The position numbers and the translations under genes were made by a program. Shown one piece after another: positions 17,697 to 24,896 of a DNA stretch of 24,896 nt. The notes beneath the pieces are model-generated. The model searched no databases, was not told where the DNA came from, and was given only the letters and a program-made list of their open reading frames with translations. The stretch covers positions 1 to 24,896 of the forward strand of contig JBEQLE010000064.1 in assembly GCA_040326155.1 (NCBI GenBank), read 5' to 3'. Source of the DNA: Leptospirales bacterium (GTDB lineage Bacteria > Spirochaetota > Leptospiria > Turneriellales > JAOUFE01). Each line of letters opens with the position of its first letter. Position 1 is the first letter of the stretch.

Positions 17697-17781
17697 GAAA
17701 ACGAATTTTACAAATTCAGTATTATCCGTCGGGGGTAGGCCAAGACCGTGGCTTGGCCGAGGGGGCAGGCTTGCACCCTTT
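17697..17781 (+). repeat. Dispersed G-run/hairpin element with conserved 5' flank
   Basis: GAAAACGAATTTTACAAATTCAGTATTATCCGTCGGGGGTAG matches 24773-24813 at 36/42 positions. The GGCCAAG/CTTGGCC hairpin and GAGGGGGCAGGCTTGCACCCTTT follow. Confidence 0.75.
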
Positions 17782-17851
17782 AAATTCACCAGCCGGAGTT
17801 TCTAATATTAATTTATACTTGTTTAAATATCTACCCGGTGTCAACTGGTGC

Positions 17852-18952
17852 ATGTTATCAAAAAAACGATTCTTTCTTCTTTCTATTTCAATACTGTGCT
17901 CTATACTGCTTAGCTCTAACTATCTGGTCGCTCAAAGAGGTCAATTTCAAACGCGAAATATAATCTGCGACGCCAAAACTGAGATCACAATTAACGGTGT
18001 ACTCACACAAAGAACTCACACAAAAAAAGATGAGCAACTGATAAATAAACTTTTGAAAGAACATGCTGAAGGCGAAGGTTTTACGGTATCTACAGTATCA
18101 AATGTTTCTACAAAATATTGTAAAAAGGACATCCAGCCAATTTTTGTATGGATTGATATGGAAGATGATGATCTAGGTTTATCGAGCGCCGTTCATGAAG
18201 AGACTCATTCATTTACCGGGACGGCTTATTATGACATGCTGGGTAAATTCCAGGGGAAAAGAGACAACAGTATCTGGTTTCAAGTTCCCGCTGGTTGGTA
18301 TTCAAGTTTCTATCTCGAAGAGTGGGGAACGCATCATTTAAAACATGGACTGCTTTTTGACTCTATTAAAATTACTAAAATTATGCCTGTAAAAAAATTC
18401 AAGACAACCAGGTTAGAAACGTATATTCTCGGTTCCCAGCATATGGCTTCAAGACAATTCGGGATTTACGGTTTGCTGGATGAATACCACGCCTACTACC
18501 ATGGATATAGAGTGTCCCGAAGTATGCACGAGGCCGGCATCCATAAAGAAATCAGTGACGAATTTACCTCTTTTGCTGAGTTTACTTTGTATATATTAAA
18601 ATACCTGCAATATGCGAAAGAGAGACATCCAAGAATATATAAAGCAACCATGAAGCAAAAAGAGGTTCTGGAAACTTTCATTCGAGTTCACGATAAGTTT
18701 GAAAAAATATTTTGTAAAGGCGCTGAAGTAAATGATGAGTCGAATAAAAATGTATTCAATTATGAAAAGACCGGTGATGTAACATATAACGGTCATTCCT
18801 GTAATGTAACAATGTCTATTTACGAAACCGTGGGCGAGTATAAAGGGTTTTACAGCTTTTCAAAAAGTATTGAAAGTTATATCCATGAATTAGAAACTCC
18901 GAAAATGGTTCAGATGATGGAAGAGGCGCGGCGCGTTGCCGGTATAAAATAA
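17852..18952 (+). CDS. Exported hypothetical protein with HExxH motif (possible gluzincin-like metalloprotease)
   Basis: ATG at 17852 starts a signal peptide (MLSKKRFFLL...LVA). Motifs are AVHEETH and a downstream LLDEYHAY. Confidence 0.65.
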   Translation: MLSKKRFFLLSISILCSILLSSNYLVAQRGQFQTRNIICDAKTEITINGVLTQRTHTKKDEQLINKLLKEHAEGEGFTVSTVSNVSTKYCKKDIQPIFVWIDMEDDDLGLSSAVHEETHSFTGTAYYDMLGKFQGKRDNSIWFQVPAGWYSSFYLEEWGTHHLKHGLLFDSIKITKIMPVKKFKTTRLETYILGSQHMASRQFGIYGLLDEYHAYYHGYRVSRSMHEAGIHKEISDEFTSFAEFTLYILKYLQYAKERHPRIYKATMKQKEVLETFIRVHDKFEKIFCKGAEVNDESNKNVFNYEKTGDVTYNGHSCNVTMSIYETVGEYKGFYSFSKSIESYIHELETPKMVQMMEEARRVAGIK

Positions 18953-19070
18953 GATTCTTGTTAAGAAATAAAACAGCAACAGTATCTCCCAAAGAATCGC
19001 TCAAAAAAACGATCTGTAGTCTGTATTGAAAATGTGCTTGCACAAATACAGCGATCTTATTCTATACTTT

Positions 19071-19736
19071 ATGAAAGTAAAGGCAATTATATTTGGAACA
19101 ACTGGTATGGTAGGCGAAGGAGTATTGCACGAATGTTTGCAGCACCCGGAGGTAAGTTCGGTTTTAATTATCAACAGGCGAGCTAGTAATATTAAGCATG
19201 AAAAAATTACAGAAATAATTCACGATAATTTTTTTGATTTTTCTGGTTTGAAAAAAGAGATGAAAGGCTATAATGCCTGTTTTTTTTGCATGGGCATTTC
19301 TTCTGTGGGTAAAAAAGAAGATGTATACACTCGAATTACATATGACATTACCCTTGCCGCAGGCAATGAACTCTCTAAATTAAATTCTAAAATGACGTTT
19401 TGTTATGTTTCGGGCGAAAGTACCGACAGCAGTGAAAAAGGGCGTATGATGTGGGCACGCGTTAAAGGCAAAACCGAAAACGATTTGTTAAAACTGTTTA
19501 AAGCGGCTTATATGTTTCGTCCCGCGCTTATTCAACCTACCAAAGGGATGAAGAATACTTATTTATTTTATAAAATTCTTGCACCGCTTATTCCTTTGCT
19601 GAAACTTTTATTTCCGAAATACATATGTACTTTAAGAGAGGTCGGCCTTGCCATGATTCACACCGTCACAAAAGGGTATGTAAAAAATATTCTAGAGGTT
19701 GAAGATATCAAAGAACTGGCAAAGGAAAGTAAGTAA
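19071..19736 (+). CDS. Atypical SDR / NAD-dependent epimerase-dehydratase family protein (YraR/TIP30-like)
   Basis: Rossmann motif IFGTTGMVGEG, plus YNACFFCMG, FCYVSG, MWARVKGKTEN and YMFRP. ATG at 19071. Confidence 0.9.
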   Translation: MKVKAIIFGTTGMVGEGVLHECLQHPEVSSVLIINRRASNIKHEKITEIIHDNFFDFSGLKKEMKGYNACFFCMGISSVGKKEDVYTRITYDITLAAGNELSKLNSKMTFCYVSGESTDSSEKGRMMWARVKGKTENDLLKLFKAAYMFRPALIQPTKGMKNTYLFYKILAPLIPLLKLLFPKYICTLREVGLAMIHTVTKGYVKNILEVEDIKELAKESK

Positions 19737-19756
19737 AGATATAGCAAATTAACATA

Positions 19757-20563
19757 ATGAAAATCGGTAAATATATTCTGGCCAATAAAATAACAACGCT
19801 AAGTGTATGCGTTCTACTCTTTTTCGCCATACCATGGATCGTTGTTTCGGGAAAAGTTATAAAAGTGGATCCGATGACGATTACAGATGAACAGTTTCTG
19901 GACTCTATTGAAAAAATCAGCGGAAGACAGATCAAAGAGTCGCGCCCTTTACAAGAAAGAGCCGCGCGCGCCATTGCCAAAAAGTACAATATGAAAAATG
20001 CCGAAATTGTTATTTTAGTCAGCTTCAGTGGCCCAAGACCGCCCGAAGGTGGCTATGTCTACTGGGGTGTTCGCGGGCAACTCGACGGAAAATGGGTTAT
20101 CTGGCAGCCGTACACAAACCCTCCCTTGCGTCCGGGCAGAGAGCTCGAAGACCCAAAACGATACCAAAAGTGTAATTCTCCGCAGACAAAAATTTTAACG
20201 TCGATCGGTTATATAGCCATAGTCGATCTTAAAGTTGGCGACATGGTCATGACCGAAACAAATCAATTCGTCCCGGTGTTAAAAATCTCAAAGGTAAAGG
20301 CGACGAATCACCATGTCAGCCTGGTACATTTTGACAATGGCAGCGTCGTGCAAATATCTCCCACTCACCCGCTGGCCGATGGTAGATTTATGGGACAATT
20401 AAAACCCGGTGACAAGGTAGGCACAATGCATGTGGTCAGCGCGCAGCTGATTTTCTATGAGTATGAATATACATATGATATTCTTCCTGATTCACCTTCG
20501 GCAAATTATTATGCCGAAGGAATATTACTAAAAAGTACAATCTCTGTTGCAAAGAAATACTAA
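19757..20563 (+). CDS. Membrane-anchored protein with C-terminal Hint (Hedgehog/intein) domain
   Basis: N-terminal TM helix. Hint block A is C139-NSPQTKILT..G.I.I.DLKVGD.V, block B is SPTHP, then LKPGD, block F TYDI, and the end NYYAEGILLKST. Confidence 0.85.
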   Translation: MKIGKYILANKITTLSVCVLLFFAIPWIVVSGKVIKVDPMTITDEQFLDSIEKISGRQIKESRPLQERAARAIAKKYNMKNAEIVILVSFSGPRPPEGGYVYWGVRGQLDGKWVIWQPYTNPPLRPGRELEDPKRYQKCNSPQTKILTSIGYIAIVDLKVGDMVMTETNQFVPVLKISKVKATNHHVSLVHFDNGSVVQISPTHPLADGRFMGQLKPGDKVGTMHVVSAQLIFYEYEYTYDILPDSPSANYYAEGILLKSTISVAKKY

Positions 20564-20595
20564 CATAGGTATACTCCGACTCAAAACCTGATAAA

Positions 20596-21011
20596 TGGGA
20601 AAAAAAATCTTTTGCCTTACATATGTATTCGTTAGAAAAACAACTTGCATTAGAAAAAGATCCGCAGAAAAAAGCTGAACTTTACTTTGAAATTGGAAAT
20701 GGCTTCTACAACCCGGAAAAGTGGCAACATGTTTCCGGAATCAGTGGCAGGTTAAACCCGGAATGGGTGGCAGGGTGTTTCCGGAATCAGTGGCAACATG
20801 TTTCCGGAATATCTAACTCGGCGCAAAAGCCCTGTTTCTTGCCGCGCTTGCAGAACAAAAACTACATGATGTATCATTATATGGTAAACGAAAAATTTCA
20901 GCCGAAGAAAAAGTATTATGGGAAAAGATGGAAAGTGAATATTCTGACACTGAGTTTTATAATTCTGTCGTCAAAGAGTGCGTCTACTATAGGCAGGTTG
21001 CGAGTGAATGA
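20596..21011 (+). pseudogene. 3' fragment of a helical-repeat (TPR-like) protein gene, interrupted by an IS-end remnant
   Basis: WEKKSFALHMYSLEKQLALEKDPQKKAELYFEIGNGFYN runs up to ~20712. After the repeat block a different frame (20817-21011) reads LGAKALFLAALAEQK...WEKMESEYSDTEFYNSVVKECVYYRQVASE*. Confidence 0.6.
20713..20815 (+). mobile_element. Isolated IS21-family-type terminal region (no transposase)
   Basis: CCGGAA at 20713, 20735, 20758, 20781 and 20804 (period 22-23), unit CCGGAAT(C/G)(A/G)GTGGCA-N7. It ends CCGGAATATCTA, close to the ...ATATGCA type of terminus. Multiple subterminal repeats are typical of IS21 ends. Confidence 0.7.
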
Positions 21012-21113
21012 TAGGGTGTGGTGGTTTGGGTTTGAATGCTTCGCATCAACTCTATATAGTTATATGAAATTGGCAAATGTATTTATTCTATTGGCGAACG
21101 GTCATATGTAGAG

Positions 21114-21746
21114 TTATGGACTAGGGAATTTCTTGTCAAAATCTCTTGGATGAAAATATCCTTTAATACAATTCGGATTTCGGATACAAACCTGGATGTG
21201 GTTCTTTGCTCTGAATCCCGAATTCGCGTACAATTCTTTTCCTTCCAAAAATACAGCTCTCACTGAATCATACTGTCTTTTATCATCATGCTTTTCATTT
21301 AAACCATGCAAAGTTTCAATTACAGCTAAATCTAAATGACGTAATAATAAATCTCCCTCATCTTTTATCGGATTATAGTTTTTAGGTAAATCATCTAAGT
21401 TGCCGTGTGCTTTTTCGTATAATTCAAGAAATGAATGATATGCAGCTTCCACAATTTTTAAGTTTTTATACTCTAATAAGTTCAAACAATGGCCTGGATC
21501 AATAATGGCCCCTACTACAGCAGGTTTTTCAATTTTACTATTAACCTTACGATTACTATTCTTAATGTATTTGGCATATTCCAAGGCTCTATCAGGATCA
21601 TTTTCCCAAAAATATACTCCATGTCCCAACCAATCATAATCATTTTCACTCTGGGTTAACTTGGTCTGCTTTGCTATAACTGTATCAGCTATACTTTGAT
21701 CACAGCCATGAAAACCAAATATTAAATTTGGGACAGTACTATACAT
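21114..21746 (-). CDS. Putative ADP-ribosyltransferase-fold protein (DUF3990/PARP-like)
   Basis: Motifs FGFHGC, DWLGHGVYFWE...A, and HIQVCIRN fit an H-Y-x ART scaffold. No signal peptide. Confidence 0.7.
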   Translation of the reverse strand: MYSTVPNLIFGFHGCDQSIADTVIAKQTKLTQSENDYDWLGHGVYFWENDPDRALEYAKYIKNSNRKVNSKIEKPAVVGAIIDPGHCLNLLEYKNLKIVEAAYHSFLELYEKAHGNLDDLPKNYNPIKDEGDLLLRHLDLAVIETLHGLNEKHDDKRQYDSVRAVFLEGKELYANSGFRAKNHIQVCIRNPNCIKGYFHPRDFDKKFPSP

Positions 21747-21751
21747 ACTGA

Positions 21752-21940
21752 TTATTTGTAGTTTTTATTGAGGGTTCCAGTTTTGTCTAAAATTCCAATA
21801 GACTTTAGAAAACCTTGTGCAGACTTTTTTGATTCTGATTCGATTTTAGTATAGCTTTTGATTCGGCTGATATACGATGAATTATCATCATAACTTTGTT
21901 TTCGACTTTTAGTAGCAACTTTCTGATTAGCTTTTATCAT
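21752..21940 (-). CDS. Small basic protein, putative partner/antitoxin of the ART-like gene
   Basis: 62 aa, ending 5 bp before the ART-like ATG. AGGA SD. C-terminal AQGFLKSIGILDKTGTLNKNYK. Confidence 0.6.
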   Translation of the reverse strand: MIKANQKVATKSRKQSYDDNSSYISRIKSYTKIESESKKSAQGFLKSIGILDKTGTLNKNYK

Positions 21941-21958
21941 TTTCGATTTCCTGATATA

Positions 21959-21986
21959 AATATATTACTATTATGCCTCTTGTCAA
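21959..21986 (-). promoter_or_regulatory. Putative sigma70 promoter of the two-gene operon
   Basis: Minus strand TTGACA-N16-TATATT. Confidence 0.4.
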
Positions 21987-22127
21987 GTATTAATAGCCAC
22001 TTACTGTATAAAAACGGCCGTCATTTGTCAACTTCATATAACAAAATACTTTTTGAATTTATAGTAAAATATCTGGACGAGGCGAATACTCTCTATTATT
22101 ATTGTATTTCACTATAAGAAAAAAAGA

Positions 22128-22538
22128 ATGGAAGAATTAGACATCAACGGTGAATGGCCTGAATTATTAAATAAGAAATTAGATGAATTAATTATTCAAG
22201 AATATTGGTATAAAGGGAAGTTAACAGAACAAGTCAATTCTATTTGGTTAAACATTCAAAATGTTTGGCACCGTCTATATTTTGATTTTGGAATAATATT
22301 TTGGCGCAAATATAATGATCGTCCTAATAATTATGAGTTTAATCCTGATGATATGTATAATTATCCTCTACGTGAAATTACATCAAAATTACAACTAAAA
22401 GGCCAAGTGATAAAAGACTGTACAGGTTGCGCGATACCAGGCGGTTCCCAGGTTATTTTCTTTTTTGCTAATAATCAACAGCTAATATTCAAAAACATCA
22501 ATGATAATACTACTTATGAGATCATTGAAACTAAATAA
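22128..22538 (+). CDS. Hypothetical protein
   Basis: 136-aa ATG ORF in AT-rich DNA with protein-like composition. No family recognised. Confidence 0.7.
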   Translation: MEELDINGEWPELLNKKLDELIIQEYWYKGKLTEQVNSIWLNIQNVWHRLYFDFGIIFWRKYNDRPNNYEFNPDDMYNYPLREITSKLQLKGQVIKDCTGCAIPGGSQVIFFFANNQQLIFKNINDNTTYEIIETK

Positions 22539-22658
22539 TTTACAACTGACTATACAGCATTGTCGAGTAAACCCAATACGTCAGATGAAATTAAAGCGTC
22601 ATACGCCATATTCAATATATGATTATACCGTACCATGCAACAGTTACTGGCAAAGTAA

Positions 22659-22686
22659 TTGACAAAGATATTCATTCCATTAAAAT
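22659..22686 (+). promoter_or_regulatory. Putative sigma70 promoter
   Basis: TTGACA-N16-TAAAAT, about 50 bp upstream of the ATG at 22738. Confidence 0.45.
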
Positions 22687-22737
22687 GTCCTTAAAGATAT
22701 CAGTCTTCGATGGTTGGTAAAGAGGTGGTGGTAAAAA

Positions 22738-22980
22738 ATGAAAAGTTTAAAACTTGTAATCGGTATGACATTTATTATGTTAATAGTTTCATGTGGCGGT
22801 GGCAAATGGATTACTCTTCCTGGATTCGGGCGGATGTTTTGCAAAAATGGCAAACCAGATAAGAATTTATTAAAAGGCTATATGAATAGTCAATTTAAAG
22901 CTAGATGTCAGGGCATGAACATGGAATGGACTAAGGAAACCAGATGTGACAATGCAGCTATAGAAATACACTGCAAATAA
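22738..22980 (+). CDS. Small lipoprotein (80 aa) with four additional Cys
   Basis: SD GAGGTGG. Signal peptide MKSLK + hydrophobic stretch + lipobox IVSC. Confidence 0.75.
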   Translation: MKSLKLVIGMTFIMLIVSCGGGKWITLPGFGRMFCKNGKPDKNLLKGYMNSQFKARCQGMNMEWTKETRCDNAAIEIHCK

Positions 22981-23495
22981 AAATATAAGGGAGGAGATTA
23001 AAAGCTTCCACCCCACTTGGGATTATCGAATGTGCACAAAAATAAGATAGAAATTACTTAAAAATAAATATTATGTCTATACAGTAAAGATTGAAATAAG
23101 AATAATAATTATTATTTTGAATAACAACTTCTATCTTTTCCCAACCCTACAAGGATAAGTGGCTTGGTCAGTTACAGTGACTAAAACTTGGCTGGTGTGG
23201 CAAAACATATCGCAAAATAGTTGGCAACCTCCATATATCAGGGGTGATTATTTCCATTAAGGTTGAATAGGAAAGAATAGATTTCTTATTGTAGAACATT
23301 AAATTTGGGCGGCGCAAGGGATCCCAAAACCTTATCTGCAATAAGCATGGCCAATTCACGACATAGTAACACTGAAAATCATTACTTTTAAAAAAGTAAT
23401 ATATTATATGATGTCTGTAGCGATATTTCGACAGGTAAAATACTATTGACAAAATTGGTGCAAATATATTGAATGTGAACAATAAGGGAGTAATT

Positions 23496-23801
23496 ATGTT
23501 TTGTAAAAATTGTGGAAATGAGGTTGATGAAAATGCGGCTGTATGTATAAAATGTGGATATGCGATAGAAAGCAAGTCTACAAATAAAAATTCGGGAAAA
23601 CCCGATTGGGTGATTACTATGTTATTATGTTTTTTTGCTGGAATATTTGGTGTTCATCGTTTTTATGTAGGTAAAGCCGGAACTGGAATTCTTCAATTAT
23701 TTACCCTTGGCGGTTTAGGGATATGGGCATTTATTGATTTTATCATGATAATCATGGACAAATTTACGGACAAAGAAGGTAACTTTATAACCAGGGCTTG
23801 A
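23496..23801 (+). CDS. TM2-domain membrane protein with N-terminal zinc ribbon
   Basis: ATG at 23496 follows AAGGGAG. Zinc ribbon CKNCG...CIKCG. TM2 motif [36 protein letters not shown]. Confidence 0.92.
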   Translation: MFCKNCGNEVDENAAVCIKCGYAIESKSTNKNSGKPDWVITMLLCFFAGIFGVHRFYVGKAGTGILQLFTLGGLGIWAFIDFIMIIMDKFTDKEGNFITRA

Positions 23802-24051
23802 GGTAACTAATCCATCACCGATTCCAAATTAGTTTCCAGAAATAAAACAGATTCAGTAGATGCAAATTCAATTGCCACTATCTTCGTCATTTTCCTTTCC
23901 ATAAGTATAACTTGAAAGAGTAACCATACAAAATATCTTCCATTCACAGAAAAAATTATTATTGATTTTTCACCGTATTTGTTTAATTCATCCATACAAC
24001 ACAACATAATTGACAGGTTAAACAAATCTGGAATTTAATAGTAAAGTGGTC

Positions 24052-24110
24052 CCCCCACCAGGAATACCCACGCAAAATCTTGCGAGCCAGCCGGGCACAT
24101 AATATAAATA
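24052..24110 (-). repeat. Direct repeat resembling the 5' end of a group IIC intron, copy 1
   Basis: Minus strand TTAT-GTGCCCGGCTGGCTCGCAAGATTTTGCGTGGGTATTCCTGGTG. The 51-bp core 24056-24106 differs from 24701-24751 at 3 positions. Confidence 0.6.
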
Positions 24111-24112
24111 AT

Positions 24113-24574
24113 CTACTGTTTCGAAGAAAGACCAAAGTGAGCCATAACAATCTTATCATATTCTTTTAACACTAAAAATTCGATATTTACCAGTGTATCA
24201 ACTTTATAAGTACAAGATTTTCGAAATAGCCAGCCAGGACCCGTTCCGGTTTCTTCTTTTGTAACATGAACATAATCACCGCCATCTGACAGATCTTTAC
24301 AGTCCTTAAAAAAAGGGATGGTGTCATTCTCATAAACTTTTTTCAACTCTTGCAAACCTGCCTTTTTAATTGTATATGTACTTGTTATGGAGACCATGCT
24401 TTCAACATCATCATTTCGTGCATATTCGACAAAGGAGACCATCACTTCTTTGTAATCATCAGGGTCGTCTTCTTTAAGTGCATTTATCAAATTGTCTAGA
24501 TCAGCTCGCTGTCCGTTTATGTATGTAGGAAAAATTAAAACAGTAAAAAACAGTATTATTAATGTTCGCTTCAT
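24113..24574 (-). CDS. Exported hypothetical protein
   Basis: 153 aa with signal peptide MKRTLIILFFTVLIFPTYING. Confidence 0.75.
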   Translation of the reverse strand: MKRTLIILFFTVLIFPTYINGQRADLDNLINALKEDDPDDYKEVMVSFVEYARNDDVESMVSITSTYTIKKAGLQELKKVYENDTIPFFKDCKDLSDGGDYVHVTKEETGTGPGWLFRKSCTYKVDTLVNIEFLVLKEYDKIVMAHFGLSSKQ

Positions 24575-24580
24575 TGGATA

Positions 24581-24608
24581 ATTATAAAAGAAGCTTGCAA
24601 ATAGTCAA
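24581..24608 (-). promoter_or_regulatory. Putative sigma70 promoter giving a leaderless transcript
   Basis: Minus strand TTGACT-N16-TATAAT, then 6 nt and the ATG at 24574. No SD. Confidence 0.5.
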
Positions 24609-24696
24609 TTAAGATTTGCTCACCAGAGGCGGCCAAAACGCGAAGCCAGAATTCTCTTATTAGAAAACCAATACCAAGATGCTCGATATATCCAAT

Positions 24697-24755
24697 CCCT
24701 CACCAGGAATACCTACGCAGAATCTTACGAGCCAGCCGGGCACATAATATAGATA
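24697..24755 (-). repeat. Direct repeat resembling the 5' end of a group IIC intron, copy 2
   Basis: Minus strand TTAT-GTGCCCGGCTGGCTCGTAAGATTCTGCGTAGGTATTCCTGGTG. Confidence 0.6.
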
Positions 24756-24772
24756 TTGTATAATGAAAATAC

Positions 24773-24896
24773 GAAAACGAAGTTTACAAGTTCAGTAGAA
24801 TACGCGGGGGTAGCGCAAACCGCCGCAGACGGTTGGTGCTAGGGGCGAGCTAACCCGAGCGCCATCACCCAGAGAGGGGTGATGCACGCTCGGCGC
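24773..24896 (+). repeat. Dispersed G-run/hairpin element (runs off the window)
   Basis: The 5' flank is shared with 17697-17738. Sequence reads GGGGGT-AGCGCAAACCG..CGGTTGGTGCT-AGGGGCGAGCTAACC, then a second hairpin CGAGCG.CATCACCC/GGGTGATG..CGCTCG. Confidence 0.75.

Noticed and set aside
17753..17851. ORF-track N-terminal extensions (17753; likewise 19026, 7253, 23469, 495)
   Set aside because: Downstream ATGs give proper signal peptides, SD motifs or domain starts. The 17753 extension begins inside a non-coding repeat.
88..19989. Numerous 60-130-aa ORFs antisense to or nested in the large genes (e.g. 1369-1605, 3595-3870, 6000-6395, 7651-7983, 15743-16290, 16898-17476, 18496-19043)
   Set aside because: These are shadow frames of well-supported genes with no independent coding signal.
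20713..20815. CRISPR array
   Set aside because: The period is only 22-23 bp, the variable parts are ~7 nt and repeat, and no cas genes are present. It fits IS21-type subterminal repeats better.
20623..21111. 162-aa ORF as a real gene
   Set aside because: It reads through the repeat block (WQHVSGIS twice), and the protein-like continuation is in another frame.
23168..24025. Minus-strand ORFs 23168-23575 and 23807-24025
   Set aside because: The first overlaps the TM2 gene antisense. Neither has an SD or recognisable motif; they are possibly decayed fragments.

Overview
AT-rich chromosomal window, most likely from a spirochaete of the Leptospirales/Leptospiraceae type, judged from two tandem Leptospira-style FlaB flagellins and many lipobox proteins. 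The left part encodes surface lipoproteins: a Cys-rich M64-like metalloprotease, a ~1310-aa DUF4382/FG-GAP protein and a beta-helix protein. The middle has a tandem ribbon-helix-helix (RHH) protein and an exosortase K with its MSEP-CTERM-type substrate, which is split by a 1-nt frameshift in an A7 run; a ~115-bp direct repeat brackets these genes. Next come flaB-flaB and a conserved LPP20-like gene. The right part is accessory: a zincin-like protein, an atypical SDR, a membrane-anchored protein with a C-terminal Hint domain, a pseudogene interrupted by an IS21-type end, a putative ADP-ribosyltransferase toxin with a small partner, a TM2 protein, and a gene flanked by two copies resembling group IIC intron 5' ends. 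The most unexplained signal is non-coding. A dispersed element with conserved G-run scaffold (GGGG(G)TAG - variable hairpin - AGGGG(G)C...CCC) occurs about six times, once expanded into a tandem array of four different hairpins separated by a conserved ACCC(C/A)CT(T)GGT junction (9121-9386). No transposase, integrase, reverse transcriptase, cas, rRNA or tRNA gene is visible. All family assignments come from motif recognition by eye, not from database searches.
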